Part shown: piece after piece, positions 18,401 to 26,580 of the stretch
Position numbering within the stretch: position 1 is the stretch's first letter
Layout of the letters: each line of letters starts with the position of its first letter
NCBI GenBank assembly: GCA_041495285.1
Contig: JBGQCJ010000007.1
Span: 534-64,533, forward strand
Source: Verrucomicrobiia bacterium
Lineage (GTDB): Bacteria; Verrucomicrobiota; Verrucomicrobiia; Palsa-1439
Direction: 5' to 3'
Length of the DNA: 64,000 nucleotides
Made by a program: the position numbers and the translations under genes
Notes under the pieces: generated by a model
What the model was told of the DNA's origin: nothing
Databases searched by the model: none
Seen by the model: only the letters and a program-made list of their open reading frames with translations

Positions 18401-18669
18401 TCGTCGACGGTGAAGATATTGAGGACGGTTTCCGGATTCGGGTGCGGCCGGCCGCCATTCTGCTGCTGGATGGTATCCCATGCGCTCTCGTAATGATCGG
18501 CTGCATGGCCGGACGCGGCCTGATCCGGCCAATAGACGGGCTGGTGCAGATGCCAGTGCCAGGTCACATGGACGCTGTTGTTTGCTGAGGCAGGAAGACT
18601 GAGGGCAAGGGCTGCGGCGGTGAAAAAGCCGCATGCAATGTGCTTGGTACCGCGCTTCATTTCATTCAC
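15496..18669 (-). CDS. secreted GH57-family glycoside hydrolase (1057 aa) with fibronectin-III domain and shared C-terminal domain
   Basis: Signal peptide MKRGTKHIACGFFTAAALALSLPASA. GH57 signature regions: HWHLHQP (region 1), NYHHSLAPLI (HPILPL-like), FPSETCF (WxPE nucleophile region), LAHDGDNAF (region 4). An FN3-like segment is present (PQNVTATGAATNQINVSWTASSGATGYIVKR...). The C-terminus ends ...GTQRFYKIRCVNP*. Confidence 0.85.
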   Translation of the reverse strand: MNEMKRGTKHIACGFFTAAALALSLPASANNSVHVTWHWHLHQPVYWPDQAASGHAADHYESAWDTIQQQNGGRPHPNPETVLNIFTVDDRIAAYQYRPRDSVSTVTNFVNAGAQVSYSGALIENVQSLVGHNVCGGSGCYNAGWNNSNIQARNWTTSGSQPRMDLVNFNYHHSLAPLISDETLLMELLIHRRQMEIFWTTSPAVSRGYFPSETCFTERMIPILKQAGIEWSVVGNTHLTRSCSDYPVSFSGDNCDVPNKADQINPAQGAGNYQRVSVNNLGCQPAAALPFAYQLHYGRYVNPSTGAASMLMLVPSEQALGYLDSEQSWNISSLGTLSAHNDPAKPALVYLAHDGDNAFSGGFTYYMSQVNSIAGQANSAGYEPTTVEQFINDWPPNSNDVVHVEDGGWVNNQAGGDFGSPLFTGWHWPPSITSNSVNVVDPSVGTSSKADVIRVQLATENRVKTAQQIQNTLTGYTNRIDQIRDPGSFSQTPSAVELGWHYYLGGLDSGFVYFGCGGDECARCVVSQSNAVRNVNSIVTGNPSLDNTPPTLFIPQRHPWNPGTTNFGAQYSYHVTVPANNDFWVWTYAYDASGITNVSLLYRSNGSYAPTQDQFKVYADGPNTGPWIRQAMTQRSVAPAISSTPQYIADYYYSKVTGLTGGYVDYYVSATDSRGNTYNSPIQHVFVGPSGSPTTPGTPQNVTATGAATNQINVSWTASSGATGYIVKRAGSQIATTSATTYSDIGLPASTQFCYTIIATNSIDSSAESSPSACATTFNPPPPNFSPPFVIDGNSVDSTNYLQSNPGMTIYAAVRGQMLYVATWSPGIYPGDTTKNDHFIVVTDQLSPMSPAFPTWSKAGTMAASGPKPFLSGESNNGYVGWQNLDGSAVTASNQFAKAPTNAGYMEGTINLAQAFGSMPSNIYVCAAAYNTTNSPPNGALVAQAPAGNGNGNIESNEFLMLSIPAITDNDGNGIYDRLEPSKDFVIQKIQPAVAGGFTITWASVPGKTYDVMYCDSLGGGWQSLIQKTAQTGEITLSHTDNTAGTQRFYKIRCVNP

Positions 18670-18908
18670 CCGTCGTGGGGTTCATTTACCAGCGTAAACC
18701 GCTTTACCGAGCGGCTTCAAAAAAATGACCGACTCTCGAACTGCTTCCACAACTCCATCGGTCACTCACTTCTCTAACTCGGATTGAAAGCTAACAAAAA
18801 CGCCGTCCGAATGCAATGCCTATTTCGTGCCTTCTTCTTCGGCTGAGAATCCCCGGCGGCGACGGCATCTGAATTGCTCAACAGTGAATCTTCTGGTACT
18901 CTGGTGAG

Positions 18909-19616
18909 GTGATGAGAATTAGGATTGCATATGTTATTACAGCGGCGGCGCTCGTGCTGGCCGGAGCATCGGCTCGCGCCGGTGGCCAAGCGGCGACGGC
19001 GAAGAAGATTATCTCCCCTGACGAACAGTACGCGGTGCTGGCTGGAAATCTCCAACGGTCCGGTTGGAATTTCGATCAGATTTTTGCCGAGTTGTGCAAG
19101 ACCGTGCTCAGCAATTGTGACCGGAATCCGAAGTTACCGTTGGATGATCAGGCCAGAGCGATGTTCGGCGGCCTCTGGCTCTGGACGCGCAAGGGCGGTT
19201 CGCCGGTCTTGCAGGGCCAGAACGACAAGGCGCTGCATTTCATCGGCGGCGGCGCCTTCCAAGGATATTGGGACGTGGGGCGCTCCGCGGCGATCATCAA
19301 AGAGGAGATCGACAAGAGAGACCCCAACAATTTCTTCGACTTGGATGACATGGCCGCGACGATGATGGGCGCGCGCTGGGTGGATATCGCCACCAGTGAA
19401 AACCTTCAACAGAATCGCCGCTGGTTGGAACTCTGGGCCACGGGTCGGTACACACTTTCGCGTTCGTTGCCCAAGCTTGCGTTTGGACACATGGAGCCGG
19501 GCAAGAACGCATCCCCCGAAAGGATCAAAGCCGTTCGGGACGCAGTCAACGCAGCACTGACTCCGCCGAGTTCCGAACTGTCAGCAGCAACTCCGCCAGT
19601 TGCCGGGCCGCGCTAG
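18909..19616 (+). CDS. secreted hypothetical protein (235 aa)
   Basis: N-terminal signal peptide MMRIRIAYVITAAALVLAGASARA. Codon usage is typical of the window (G/C-rich third positions). No recognisable family. Transcribed divergently from the GH operon. Confidence 0.5.
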   Translation: MMRIRIAYVITAAALVLAGASARAGGQAATAKKIISPDEQYAVLAGNLQRSGWNFDQIFAELCKTVLSNCDRNPKLPLDDQARAMFGGLWLWTRKGGSPVLQGQNDKALHFIGGGAFQGYWDVGRSAAIIKEEIDKRDPNNFFDLDDMAATMMGARWVDIATSENLQQNRRWLELWATGRYTLSRSLPKLAFGHMEPGKNASPERIKAVRDAVNAALTPPSSELSAATPPVAGPR

Positions 19617-20398
19617 TTTCCCGGCAGGGCACCGAAGTTTTCTTGAGCGTTCGTCCTTGCGCAATCGCTGCCGCCAACGCCGATGCGTCCGCACAATCCA
19701 CAACGCTCCCGCTGGCTCCGTAATGACAATGAGAAATCACCCGGCACCCCGCCGCCTGCGCCTCGGCAATGGTCAGTCCATAGCTCTTATGCCGGGATGG
19801 CGACACGAACAGGATCGTCTCGCGCATTGGTGCCGAAGGCACGACGATCCGCGCGCTGGGCCGGACACAATCAAACTGCTTTTGAAAAGGCCAATCGCAA
19901 CACGTCGGGAAGCGCTCCGAACCAGCGGAACTTCGCCACGATTTCCGGCCGCACCACGCCGCGCAGGTAGAACTTCGTGAAAAACTCGACCACGTCCACA
20001 TGAAAGATCGTCACGATCCGGTAACCGCGTGCGCCCAATGCCGCAAAATCCGGTCCTTCGCTGATGTCGTTGCTCAGCACGACGCACTCGTGCGGATTGC
20101 GCCTCAGGATTTCGCCCGTACCGGCACACTCGAACTGCCGGCAGAACCGCGCGTATCCCAACTCGGTCAATTCGTGGAGGGGCGCGCTCCGTCGCGCCCG
20201 CCCCGGCTCGGCCACGACAGAGCGTGGCCCTCCAGGACCGGTCATCCCCAGCGAGCGCGGGCTCAGTACGGTGAGCGGAAATGGTTTTTGCTCGCGCCAT
20301 TCGCGAATCAGGTAATCGGCAACCGCCTTCCCGCCGCCGAGCGGCTCGGTGTCCGGGAACTCCGCGTGGGCCGCGCTGTAAACGACCTCGAAGTTCAC
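19546..20398 (-). pseudogene. GT4-like glycosyltransferase split over two frames (apparent frameshift near 19830-19880); possible pseudogene or sequencing error
   Basis: ORF 19871..20398 encodes the N-part (MNFEVVYSAAHAEFPDTEPLGGGKAVADYLIREW...). The conserved Glycos_transf_1 C-terminal motif region (ETILFVSPSRHKSYGLTIAEAQAAGCRVIS...ASALAAAI) is in a different frame within ORF 19546..20001. The two frames differ by +1. The combined length of about 284 aa is short for GT4. Confidence 0.4.
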
Positions 20399-21519
20399 GG
20401 CTGCGGAAAACGTTTATCGAGGAACCGGCCTTTGCGCTGGATGAGTTGGCCGTCCACGTAAATCTCGCCACCTTTGCGCAAATCGCAAACCATGTCCCAG
20501 TGCAACCCGCTCCGGTTCTTGTTGCCCGTCTCGGGGTAACCGGCACCCAGCGCGAGGTGGATCGTGCCGCCGATCTTCTCGTCGAAGAGCGTGTTCTTCG
20601 TGTAACGAGTGACGTGATAGTTCGTACCGATGGCGGCCTCGCCGAGGTAACACGAGCCGGCATCCATCTTGATCATCGCACGTAGAAACTCCTGACCCTT
20701 TTCAGCTTCCGCCTTCACGACCTTGCCGCGCTCGAACGTGAGCCGCGCGCCGTCCACTTCCCGGCCACCGTGCACAGCCGGGAAGCTGAACTTGACATGA
20801 CCTTCAACGCTGTCTTCGACCGGGCCGGTAAACACTTCGCCGTCGGGAAAATTGCAGTGGCCGTCGCAGTTGATCCATTTGCGGCCCTTCACGCGATACC
20901 GGATGTCGGTGTCTTCGGCGACGATGCGCACTTCGCGCGATTTGTTGAGGAAGTCGGTGAGCGATTGTTGTTCCTTCGAGATGCGCTTCCACGTTTTGAC
21001 AGGGTCGGCGTCGTTGAGGTGGCCGGCGCCGTACACGAAGTCCTCGTATTCCTCCAGCGACATCTCGGCATCCTGTGCACTGGCGTTGCACGGCCATTGG
21101 GTGCCGACCCAGCGGAGCTTCCCGCTGGCGCTGCGGTCCATGAAAATCTTGCTGAGAGGCTTCCGGGCTGCGGAGGTCGCCGCGAGCCGCTTCGGGTCAA
21201 CGTTGGTGAGCGCCTTGGTATTTTCGTCGGCCCAGACGCCGAGCGAAGCGTCAATGCGTTGGAGTTTGTGTTTGGCGAAGGGCGAGACCCATTTGAGCTG
21301 TTGGTCATTCGCCTCGGCGTAGAAAATCTCGGCAAGACTGTCGAGCGAGATGTCGCAAATCACGAACGCTCCACAACGCAGCGCGGCCCGGTAACATTCG
21401 CGAATCAACGGGGCGGCGATGGCTTCGCCATTGATGGCCACGATGTCGCGGGATTTGAGAGCAAGTGAGTAATTCGTAAGGAGACGGGCCAGCTTCTCGA
21501 TGCGCAGGTCTTTCATGGC
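20395..21519 (-). CDS. M29 family aminopeptidase (AmpS/PepS, aminopeptidase T-like)
   Basis: Start moved to MKDLRIEKLARLL at 21519. Full-length similarity to thermophilic metalloaminopeptidases across the 375 aa, e.g. HLALGAGYPETGNKNRSGLHWDMVCDL near the C-terminus. Confidence 0.85.
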   Translation of the reverse strand, partial: AMKDLRIEKLARLLTNYSLALKSRDIVAINGEAIAAPLIRECYRAALRCGAFVICDISLDSLAEIFYAEANDQQLKWVSPFAKHKLQRIDASLGVWADENTKALTNVDPKRLAATSAARKPLSKIFMDRSASGKLRWVGTQWPCNASAQDAEMSLEEYEDFVYGAGHLNDADPVKTWKRISKEQQSLTDFLNKSREVRIVAEDTDIRYRVKGRKWINCDGHCNFPDGEVFTGPVEDSVEGHVKFSFPAVHGGREVDGARLTFERGKVVKAEAEKGQEFLRAMIKMDAGSCYLGEAAIGTNYHVTRYTKNTLFDEKIGGTIHLALGAGYPETGNKNRSGLHWDMVCDLRKGGEIYVDGQLIQRKGRFLDKRFPQP

Positions 21520-21581
21520 GAAGTTTGTAGCTGAAAAGCGAGACGATTTCAAATCCGGTGTGTTACATTTATTGAAACGGC

Positions 21582-23030
21582 ATGAGCGCGCTGCAACCAT
21601 CTCAGACAATTCGCGATCGATGGGACAAGACGCTGGCCGCCCATCTGCTCAACCGTGCCGGGTTTGGCGGCTTGCCGGAGGACGTTGCTCAGGCTGCGAA
21701 CTGGGGAATGGAACGCACGGTGGATTACCTCCTCGACTTCGAAAAAACGCCGGAGAGTTTTCCTGTGCCCGAAACGCCGGAAACTCCCAAGCGTCCCAAG
21801 CAGATGTTTGCCGATCTCAGCAAGGAGGAACGCCAACAGAAAGTGAGGGAGTTGCTTCGTTCCAACCGGGAGGCGATCGAGGAGACGCGCGGTTGGTGGA
21901 TCAAGCGGATGCTGACAACCAAGCGGCCGCTGCAGGAAAAGATGACGCTGTTCTGGCACGGACACTTCGCCACCAGCGCCAACGACGTGAAGAGCGCCCG
22001 GCACATGCTGGTGCAGAACGAATTCCTGCGCAAAAACTGTCTCGGTCACTTCCGCACCTTATTGCGCGGCATCTCCCGCGACCCGGCCATGTTGAAGTAC
22101 CTCGACAACAACACCAATCGCAAGCAACACCCCAACGAGAACTACGCGCGCGAGTTCATGGAATTGTTCACGATCGGTATCGGCAACTACAGCGAAGACG
22201 ACGTGAAGGTCGCAGCCCGCGCCTTTACCGGCTGGACGTTTCGCGGCGACGAGTTCACGGTCATCGATCGGCAGCACGATTACGGAAGAAAAACATTTTT
22301 GGGTGTGACCGGCGATCTCGACGGCACGGACATCATTGACATCATTCTCAAACAACCGGCCACGGTGCGGTTCATGGCGAGGAAGTTGTTCGAGTTTTTT
22401 GTGTACAGCAACCCGGAGCCGCCGTTGGTCGAAGAACTCGCCGCGCTGTTGCGCCGGACCGACTATGAAATCAAACCGTTCCTGCGCACGCTGTTCACGT
22501 CCGAAGTGTTTTACTCGCCACCAGCGTACCGGACGCAGATCAAAAGCCCCGCACAACTCGTCGTCGGTTCGGTGCGCAATCTCGGCGTGACGATCAACGA
22601 GCGCGCCCTCGCCGTTGCGATGCGGATGCTCGGGCAGGACTTGCTCTATCCGCCCAACGTCAAAGGCTGGGACGGCGGCGAGGCGTGGATCAACACCAAC
22701 ACGTTGCTGATGCGCTACAACATGGCCGGCTACCTCGTCGAAGGAAAAATTCCCGAGGGCGGGCGCCAGCCACGGATTCAGGGACAGCGCGGAATGCGTC
22801 TCTCGCGTTTCGGATCGCCCAAGAGCACGCTGGACAAGATGTACGGCCCGGAAATCGCTGCGGACGCGCCAAAACTTGTGGACGCGCTCGTGGCGCGTCT
22901 GTTGCAAGCGCCGCTCGACGGCGCCGCGCGCAATATGCTAATCTCTTACACCGAGCGCGCCCGGGTCAGCGAGCGACCGGCCACGGTGGCGCATTTGATC
23001 ATGAGCATGCCGGATTACCAGCTTTGTTGA
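21582..23030 (+). CDS. DUF1800 domain protein
   Basis: WHGHFATS and ELFTIGIGNYSEDDVKVAARAFTGWTF are hallmarks of the DUF1800 family. It is paired with the downstream DUF1501 gene, as is typical in Planctomycetes and Verrucomicrobia. Confidence 0.8.
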   Translation: MSALQPSQTIRDRWDKTLAAHLLNRAGFGGLPEDVAQAANWGMERTVDYLLDFEKTPESFPVPETPETPKRPKQMFADLSKEERQQKVRELLRSNREAIEETRGWWIKRMLTTKRPLQEKMTLFWHGHFATSANDVKSARHMLVQNEFLRKNCLGHFRTLLRGISRDPAMLKYLDNNTNRKQHPNENYAREFMELFTIGIGNYSEDDVKVAARAFTGWTFRGDEFTVIDRQHDYGRKTFLGVTGDLDGTDIIDIILKQPATVRFMARKLFEFFVYSNPEPPLVEELAALLRRTDYEIKPFLRTLFTSEVFYSPPAYRTQIKSPAQLVVGSVRNLGVTINERALAVAMRMLGQDLLYPPNVKGWDGGEAWINTNTLLMRYNMAGYLVEGKIPEGGRQPRIQGQRGMRLSRFGSPKSTLDKMYGPEIAADAPKLVDALVARLLQAPLDGAARNMLISYTERARVSERPATVAHLIMSMPDYQLC

Positions 23031-23053
23031 CGCCAGCCACATCCAAATTCTCC

Positions 23054-23115
23054 CGTAGGAGCGGCCTCCCGGCCGCGATCGGCCCGGCCCGGTCGCGGCG
23101 TGGACGCCGCTCCTA
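23054..23115. repeat. GC-rich imperfect palindromic element (GTAGGAGCGGC...GCCGCTCCTAC) immediately after the DUF1800 gene; a second copy sharing a 28-bp identical core lies at 48341
   Basis: CCGTAGGAGCGGCCTCCCGGCCGCGATC at 23052-23079 recurs exactly at 48339-48366. The outer arms GTAGGAGCGGC and GCCGCTCCTAC are reverse complements and end in CTACAA, like the 3080 hairpin. Confidence 0.75.
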
Positions 23116-23133
23116 CAACACCAGGACGAAGCC

Positions 23134-24438
23134 ATGAATGAGACGATTCAAACCCGGCGCGAGTTCCTGCGAAAAAGTCTGTTCTTCCTCGCGACGAGCT
23201 ATAGCGCGCCGTTCTTTTTGACGCGCACGGTGCTCGCACTCGATTCTGCGCGCGCCAACGCAGCGACGGCCAGCATCCCCGGTATGCCCGACGATCGCAT
23301 CCTCGTCGTCATCCAAATGGGCGGTGGCAACGACGGACTGAATACACTCGTGCCGTACGCGATGGACGAGTATTACCGGGCGCGTCCACAACTCGGTGTG
23401 TCGAAGGACAAGGTTCTGACACTCAACGACACGGTCGGTCTGCATCCGAACTTGGACAAGCTGAAATCGCTCTACGACAACGGCCGCATGGCCGTGGTGC
23501 AGGGCGTCGGTTATCCGAACCCGGACCGCTCGCACTTCCGGTCGATGGAAATCTGGCATACCGCCGATCCGAAGAGCAAGGCGGTGCAATACGGCTGGCT
23601 TGGCCGGTACCTCGACAACACCTGTCCGGGCTGCGACCCGCGCACCAACCGCACCAACCCGCTCGGCGGTCTTAACGTCGGCTCATGGATGCCGGTCGCG
23701 CTCAAATCGCGGCGCGGCTTGAGCGTCGCGGTGGACAATCCCGATTCGTTCCGTTGGATTCCGACGGCCGCCGACGAGAACGATGCGCAGCAGGCCGAGA
23801 CGACCTTCGAGCGGTTGAACCGCGTCGTGGCGCAGAACCTCAAAGACCCGCAGGTCGCGCGGCTGGATTTCCTCTCGCGCGTGGCCATGGACGCACAGCT
23901 CAGCTCCGACCGACTTCGCGACGTGCTGAAGAAATCGAAGACCGCGCAGGCGACGTATCCGGCCAGCGGACTGGCCCGGCAACTCCAAATGGTTTCGCGG
24001 ATGATCGCCGGCGGCCTCGGCACGCGTGTCTATTACGTCTCGATGGGTGGGTTCGACACACATGCCAACCAGAAGGGGCCACACGAGCGTCTCATGACGG
24101 AGTTGGGCGAAGGCGTCGAGGCGTTCTACAACGACCTCGACAAACAAGGCAACCACGGCCGCGTGCTCACGATGACGTTCAGCGAATTCGGCCGGCGCGT
24201 CGCCGAGAACGCCAGCGGCGGCACCGATCACGGCACCGCTGCCCCGATGTTTGTGTTCGGCACGCGCATCAAAGCCGGTGTGTACGGCACGCATCCCGGC
24301 CTCAACGACCTCGACCGGGGCGACCTCAAATTCGCCACGGATTTTCGCAACGTGTACGCCACCATCCTCGAAAACTGGCTCGGCGCAAAGTCACAGCCGA
24401 TCCTTGGCAGCGACTTCAAGAAGCTGGCGTTCGTGTAA
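23134..24438 (+). CDS. DUF1501 domain protein (sulfatase-like fold) with twin-arginine signal
   Basis: Tat motif RREFLRKSLFFLATS at the N-terminus. DUF1501 signature regions (GGNDGLNTLVP..., GGFDTHANQ, DHGTAAPMFVFG). Partner of the DUF1800 gene. Confidence 0.85.
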   Translation: MNETIQTRREFLRKSLFFLATSYSAPFFLTRTVLALDSARANAATASIPGMPDDRILVVIQMGGGNDGLNTLVPYAMDEYYRARPQLGVSKDKVLTLNDTVGLHPNLDKLKSLYDNGRMAVVQGVGYPNPDRSHFRSMEIWHTADPKSKAVQYGWLGRYLDNTCPGCDPRTNRTNPLGGLNVGSWMPVALKSRRGLSVAVDNPDSFRWIPTAADENDAQQAETTFERLNRVVAQNLKDPQVARLDFLSRVAMDAQLSSDRLRDVLKKSKTAQATYPASGLARQLQMVSRMIAGGLGTRVYYVSMGGFDTHANQKGPHERLMTELGEGVEAFYNDLDKQGNHGRVLTMTFSEFGRRVAENASGGTDHGTAAPMFVFGTRIKAGVYGTHPGLNDLDRGDLKFATDFRNVYATILENWLGAKSQPILGSDFKKLAFV

Positions 24439-24460
24439 AGGAAGATTGCCGGCGCACTCG

Positions 24461-25069
24461 TCACGACTTGGTGGACTTGTTTCGTTTCAGGACGTAGGCA
24501 TGCTCTTCGACGAAAGCACCGGTGTCCGCGGCGTGCTTCGACAAGAAAGCCTCCCACTGTCTGGGGCTGGCAGTGAACAGAACGACACCATCCGGGTCAT
24601 TCATGTGGGGCAGGGAGAGTTTGTGCTTTTCGAGATTCTTCTTGAGCCAATCGTAATCGAGGGGTTTCAGTGCGAGCGCGTCGCCATTCAATTCAACCTT
24701 GCACACGGTGTGAACGGCCCGGACAGTCCACGTCCAGTATGAATTCATTTTCGTTTCGTCGCCGGGTTCTCCCGGCAGCACATCAACAAACATGTTCTTG
24801 CCGAGCTTGAAGAATCTCACGGCGAACGTCGCCCCGACGTTTTGCTTGTCGAACGCCTTCAGCGTGCAGTTCGTTGCCGCGTCGCCGCTAAACACCCAGG
24901 CGCGGATCGCATTGGTGGAAACGTCGTCGCCGAAATCCTTTTGCAGCGTCCATTCGCCGATGACTTCCCGGACGTAAACCATCGAGTTGTCGGTACAAAA
25001 TGGGCCAACCGACTGGACCACACAGCCGGCAAGGAACAGCAAAGACACGAGCAAGGCACGTTTCATCAT
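24461..25069 (-). CDS. lipoprotein, hypothetical (203 aa)
   Basis: Start set at the ATGATG at 25069, preceded by GGAGGAAT. Lipobox-type signal MMKRALLVSLLFLAGC. The longer ORF upstream to 25297 has no RBS and overlaps the ExeA-like gene. Confidence 0.55.
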   Translation of the reverse strand: MMKRALLVSLLFLAGCVVQSVGPFCTDNSMVYVREVIGEWTLQKDFGDDVSTNAIRAWVFSGDAATNCTLKAFDKQNVGATFAVRFFKLGKNMFVDVLPGEPGDETKMNSYWTWTVRAVHTVCKVELNGDALALKPLDYDWLKKNLEKHKLSLPHMNDPDGVVLFTASPRQWEAFLSKHAADTGAFVEEHAYVLKRNKSTKS

Positions 25070-25135
25070 CAATTCCTCCATCGAAACGGCAGCAGCGTAG
25101 CCCCAAAGGCGGTCGGGCGCAACGCAATTTGCGGC

Positions 25136-25990
25136 ATGGTGCGTGCTCAAAATAACGAGGGATACCAGGAGACGATTTTGTACCTGAACTACTACAACCT
25201 GCGCGAAGCGCCGTTCAACATCACGCCGGATCCGCGTTTTCTGTTCTTCAGCAACAAGCATCAGGAAGCGTTCAATCATTTGCTCTTCGGCATCCACGAA
25301 CGCAAAGGGTTCATCGAGCTGACCGGCGAAGTGGGCGCGGGCAAGACCACCATCTGCCGCAAACTACTCGAAGAACTCGGCCCCCGTTACAAGACCGCGC
25401 TGATTCTCAATCCATGCTTGAGCAGCCATCAACTCCTCAAAACCATCGTGCTGGAGTTCGGCCTCAAACCGCGCGGCATCGACCGCGTCGCCTACCTCGA
25501 ATCGCTCAACGAATTCGTCCTCAAAGAAGTCAACGCCGGCAGCGATGTGGTGCTCATCATTGACGAAGCGCAAGACCTCAGCGACGAATTGCTCGAACAA
25601 GTCCGGTTGCTTTCCAATCTCGAAACCGATCACCAAAAACTCATGCAAATCGTTTTGATGGGCCAGCCTGAACTCCGGGAAACACTCCGGCAACCCAAAC
25701 TCCGACAACTCCGTCAACGCATTACCGTTCGCTATCACCTTCAGCCACTCGACGTGGTCGAGACCGGCAACTACATCAACCACCGCTTGTCGCTGGCCGG
25801 TGCGAACGGGGCGCCGCGTTTCGATGAAGGCGCGATCAAATCAATCTACAAATACTCCGGCGGCATTCCGCGGCTGATCAACGCCGTGTGCGACAAAACG
25901 CTGCTGGCCGGATTCGTCATGCAGACCGGCCTGATCACGCGGAAGCTGGTGGATCTCGCCATCGAAGAACTGCAAGGAATCCCGGCATGA
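25136..25990 (+). CDS. ExeA/GspA/MshM-like AAA+ ATPase (AAA_22-type, secretion/pilus-biogenesis associated), short form without a peptidoglycan-binding domain
   Basis: ATG at 25136. Walker A GEVGAGKTT, Walker B VVLIIDEAQDL. Characteristic ExeA-family text: LYLNYYNLREAPFNITPDPRFLFFSNKHQEAFNHLLFGIHERKGFIELTGEVGAGKTTICRKL and HRLSLAGANGAPRFDEGAIKSIYKYSGGIPRLIN. Confidence 0.75.
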   Translation: MVRAQNNEGYQETILYLNYYNLREAPFNITPDPRFLFFSNKHQEAFNHLLFGIHERKGFIELTGEVGAGKTTICRKLLEELGPRYKTALILNPCLSSHQLLKTIVLEFGLKPRGIDRVAYLESLNEFVLKEVNAGSDVVLIIDEAQDLSDELLEQVRLLSNLETDHQKLMQIVLMGQPELRETLRQPKLRQLRQRITVRYHLQPLDVVETGNYINHRLSLAGANGAPRFDEGAIKSIYKYSGGIPRLINAVCDKTLLAGFVMQTGLITRKLVDLAIEELQGIPA

Positions 25991-26517
25991 GCCTGATCAA
26001 CGAAGCCCTGAAGCGCACCCGGGACGCCTCGTATCAAACGGCCGCCGCTCCGACAGCCCCCGCGCCGAGTTACCGGCTCGGCAACACCGCGGAGACGAGG
26101 GCGTTCAGCGCCAAAGGTGCGATGGTGTTGACGATTGCAGTGATCACGATCGCACTGGGGACCGTGGGCGTCGTCGCGTTTCGGCGAGTTGCGCCCATAC
26201 ACGCCGTACATGAGGCGTTGATTTCGACCGCGCCAGAAACGACACCACCACCGCCGGTCACTGAGCCAGTGCCAATCGTTCCGAATGTCCTACCGGCAAT
26301 CGAGAGCGCGGCTCCATCGCCACCGGCGCCAACGCGAGAGGCTCCGAAACTCGTGTTGCAGGGAATCACCATCGACGGCGCCGTGCGCGAGGCGATGATC
26401 AACGGCTTCAATCTGCGCGAAGGTGAAGACATCGAAGGCGCGCGCATCGTGGCCATTGAGAGCCGGCGCGTCACACTGCAGTTTGACGGCCGCGAGATTG
26501 TTCTGCGAATGCCCTGA
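25987..26517 (+). CDS. GspB/ExeB-like partner protein (N-terminal cytoplasmic segment, one TM, Pro-rich linker, C-terminal GspB-type domain)
   Basis: The ATG at 25987 overlaps the stop of the ATPase gene (ATGA), suggesting translational coupling. TM segment AMVLTIAVITIALGTVGVVAF, linker PETTPPPPVTEPVPIVP. The C-terminus LVLQGITIDGAVREAMINGFNLREGEDIEGARIVAIESRRVTLQFDGREIVL fits the GspB periplasmic domain pattern. Confidence 0.5.
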   Translation: MSLINEALKRTRDASYQTAAAPTAPAPSYRLGNTAETRAFSAKGAMVLTIAVITIALGTVGVVAFRRVAPIHAVHEALISTAPETTPPPPVTEPVPIVPNVLPAIESAAPSPPAPTREAPKLVLQGITIDGAVREAMINGFNLREGEDIEGARIVAIESRRVTLQFDGREIVLRMP

Positions 26518-26580
26518 CTGTCGATTCGTCGCCCGCCGCTTCTTCTCGCCAGTAGCTCTACGGTTGACTATATTCCGGTC

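Noticed and set aside
18680-18730. A-run preceded by a small hairpin (AAACCGCTTTACCGAGCGGCTTCAAAAAAA) as a terminator
   Set aside because: The poly-A follows the hairpin on the plus strand and poly-T precedes it on the minus strand, so neither transcript would have stem followed by U-tract. It lies in the divergent promoter region upstream of the GH gene.
24842-25135. N-terminal 98-codon extension of the ExeA-like ORF, and the 25070..25297 extension of the lipoprotein ORF
   Set aside because: The two extensions overlap each other on opposite strands. Each gene has an internal Met with a proper RBS (25136; 25069) that gives a canonical N-terminus (AAA+ domain start; lipobox signal).
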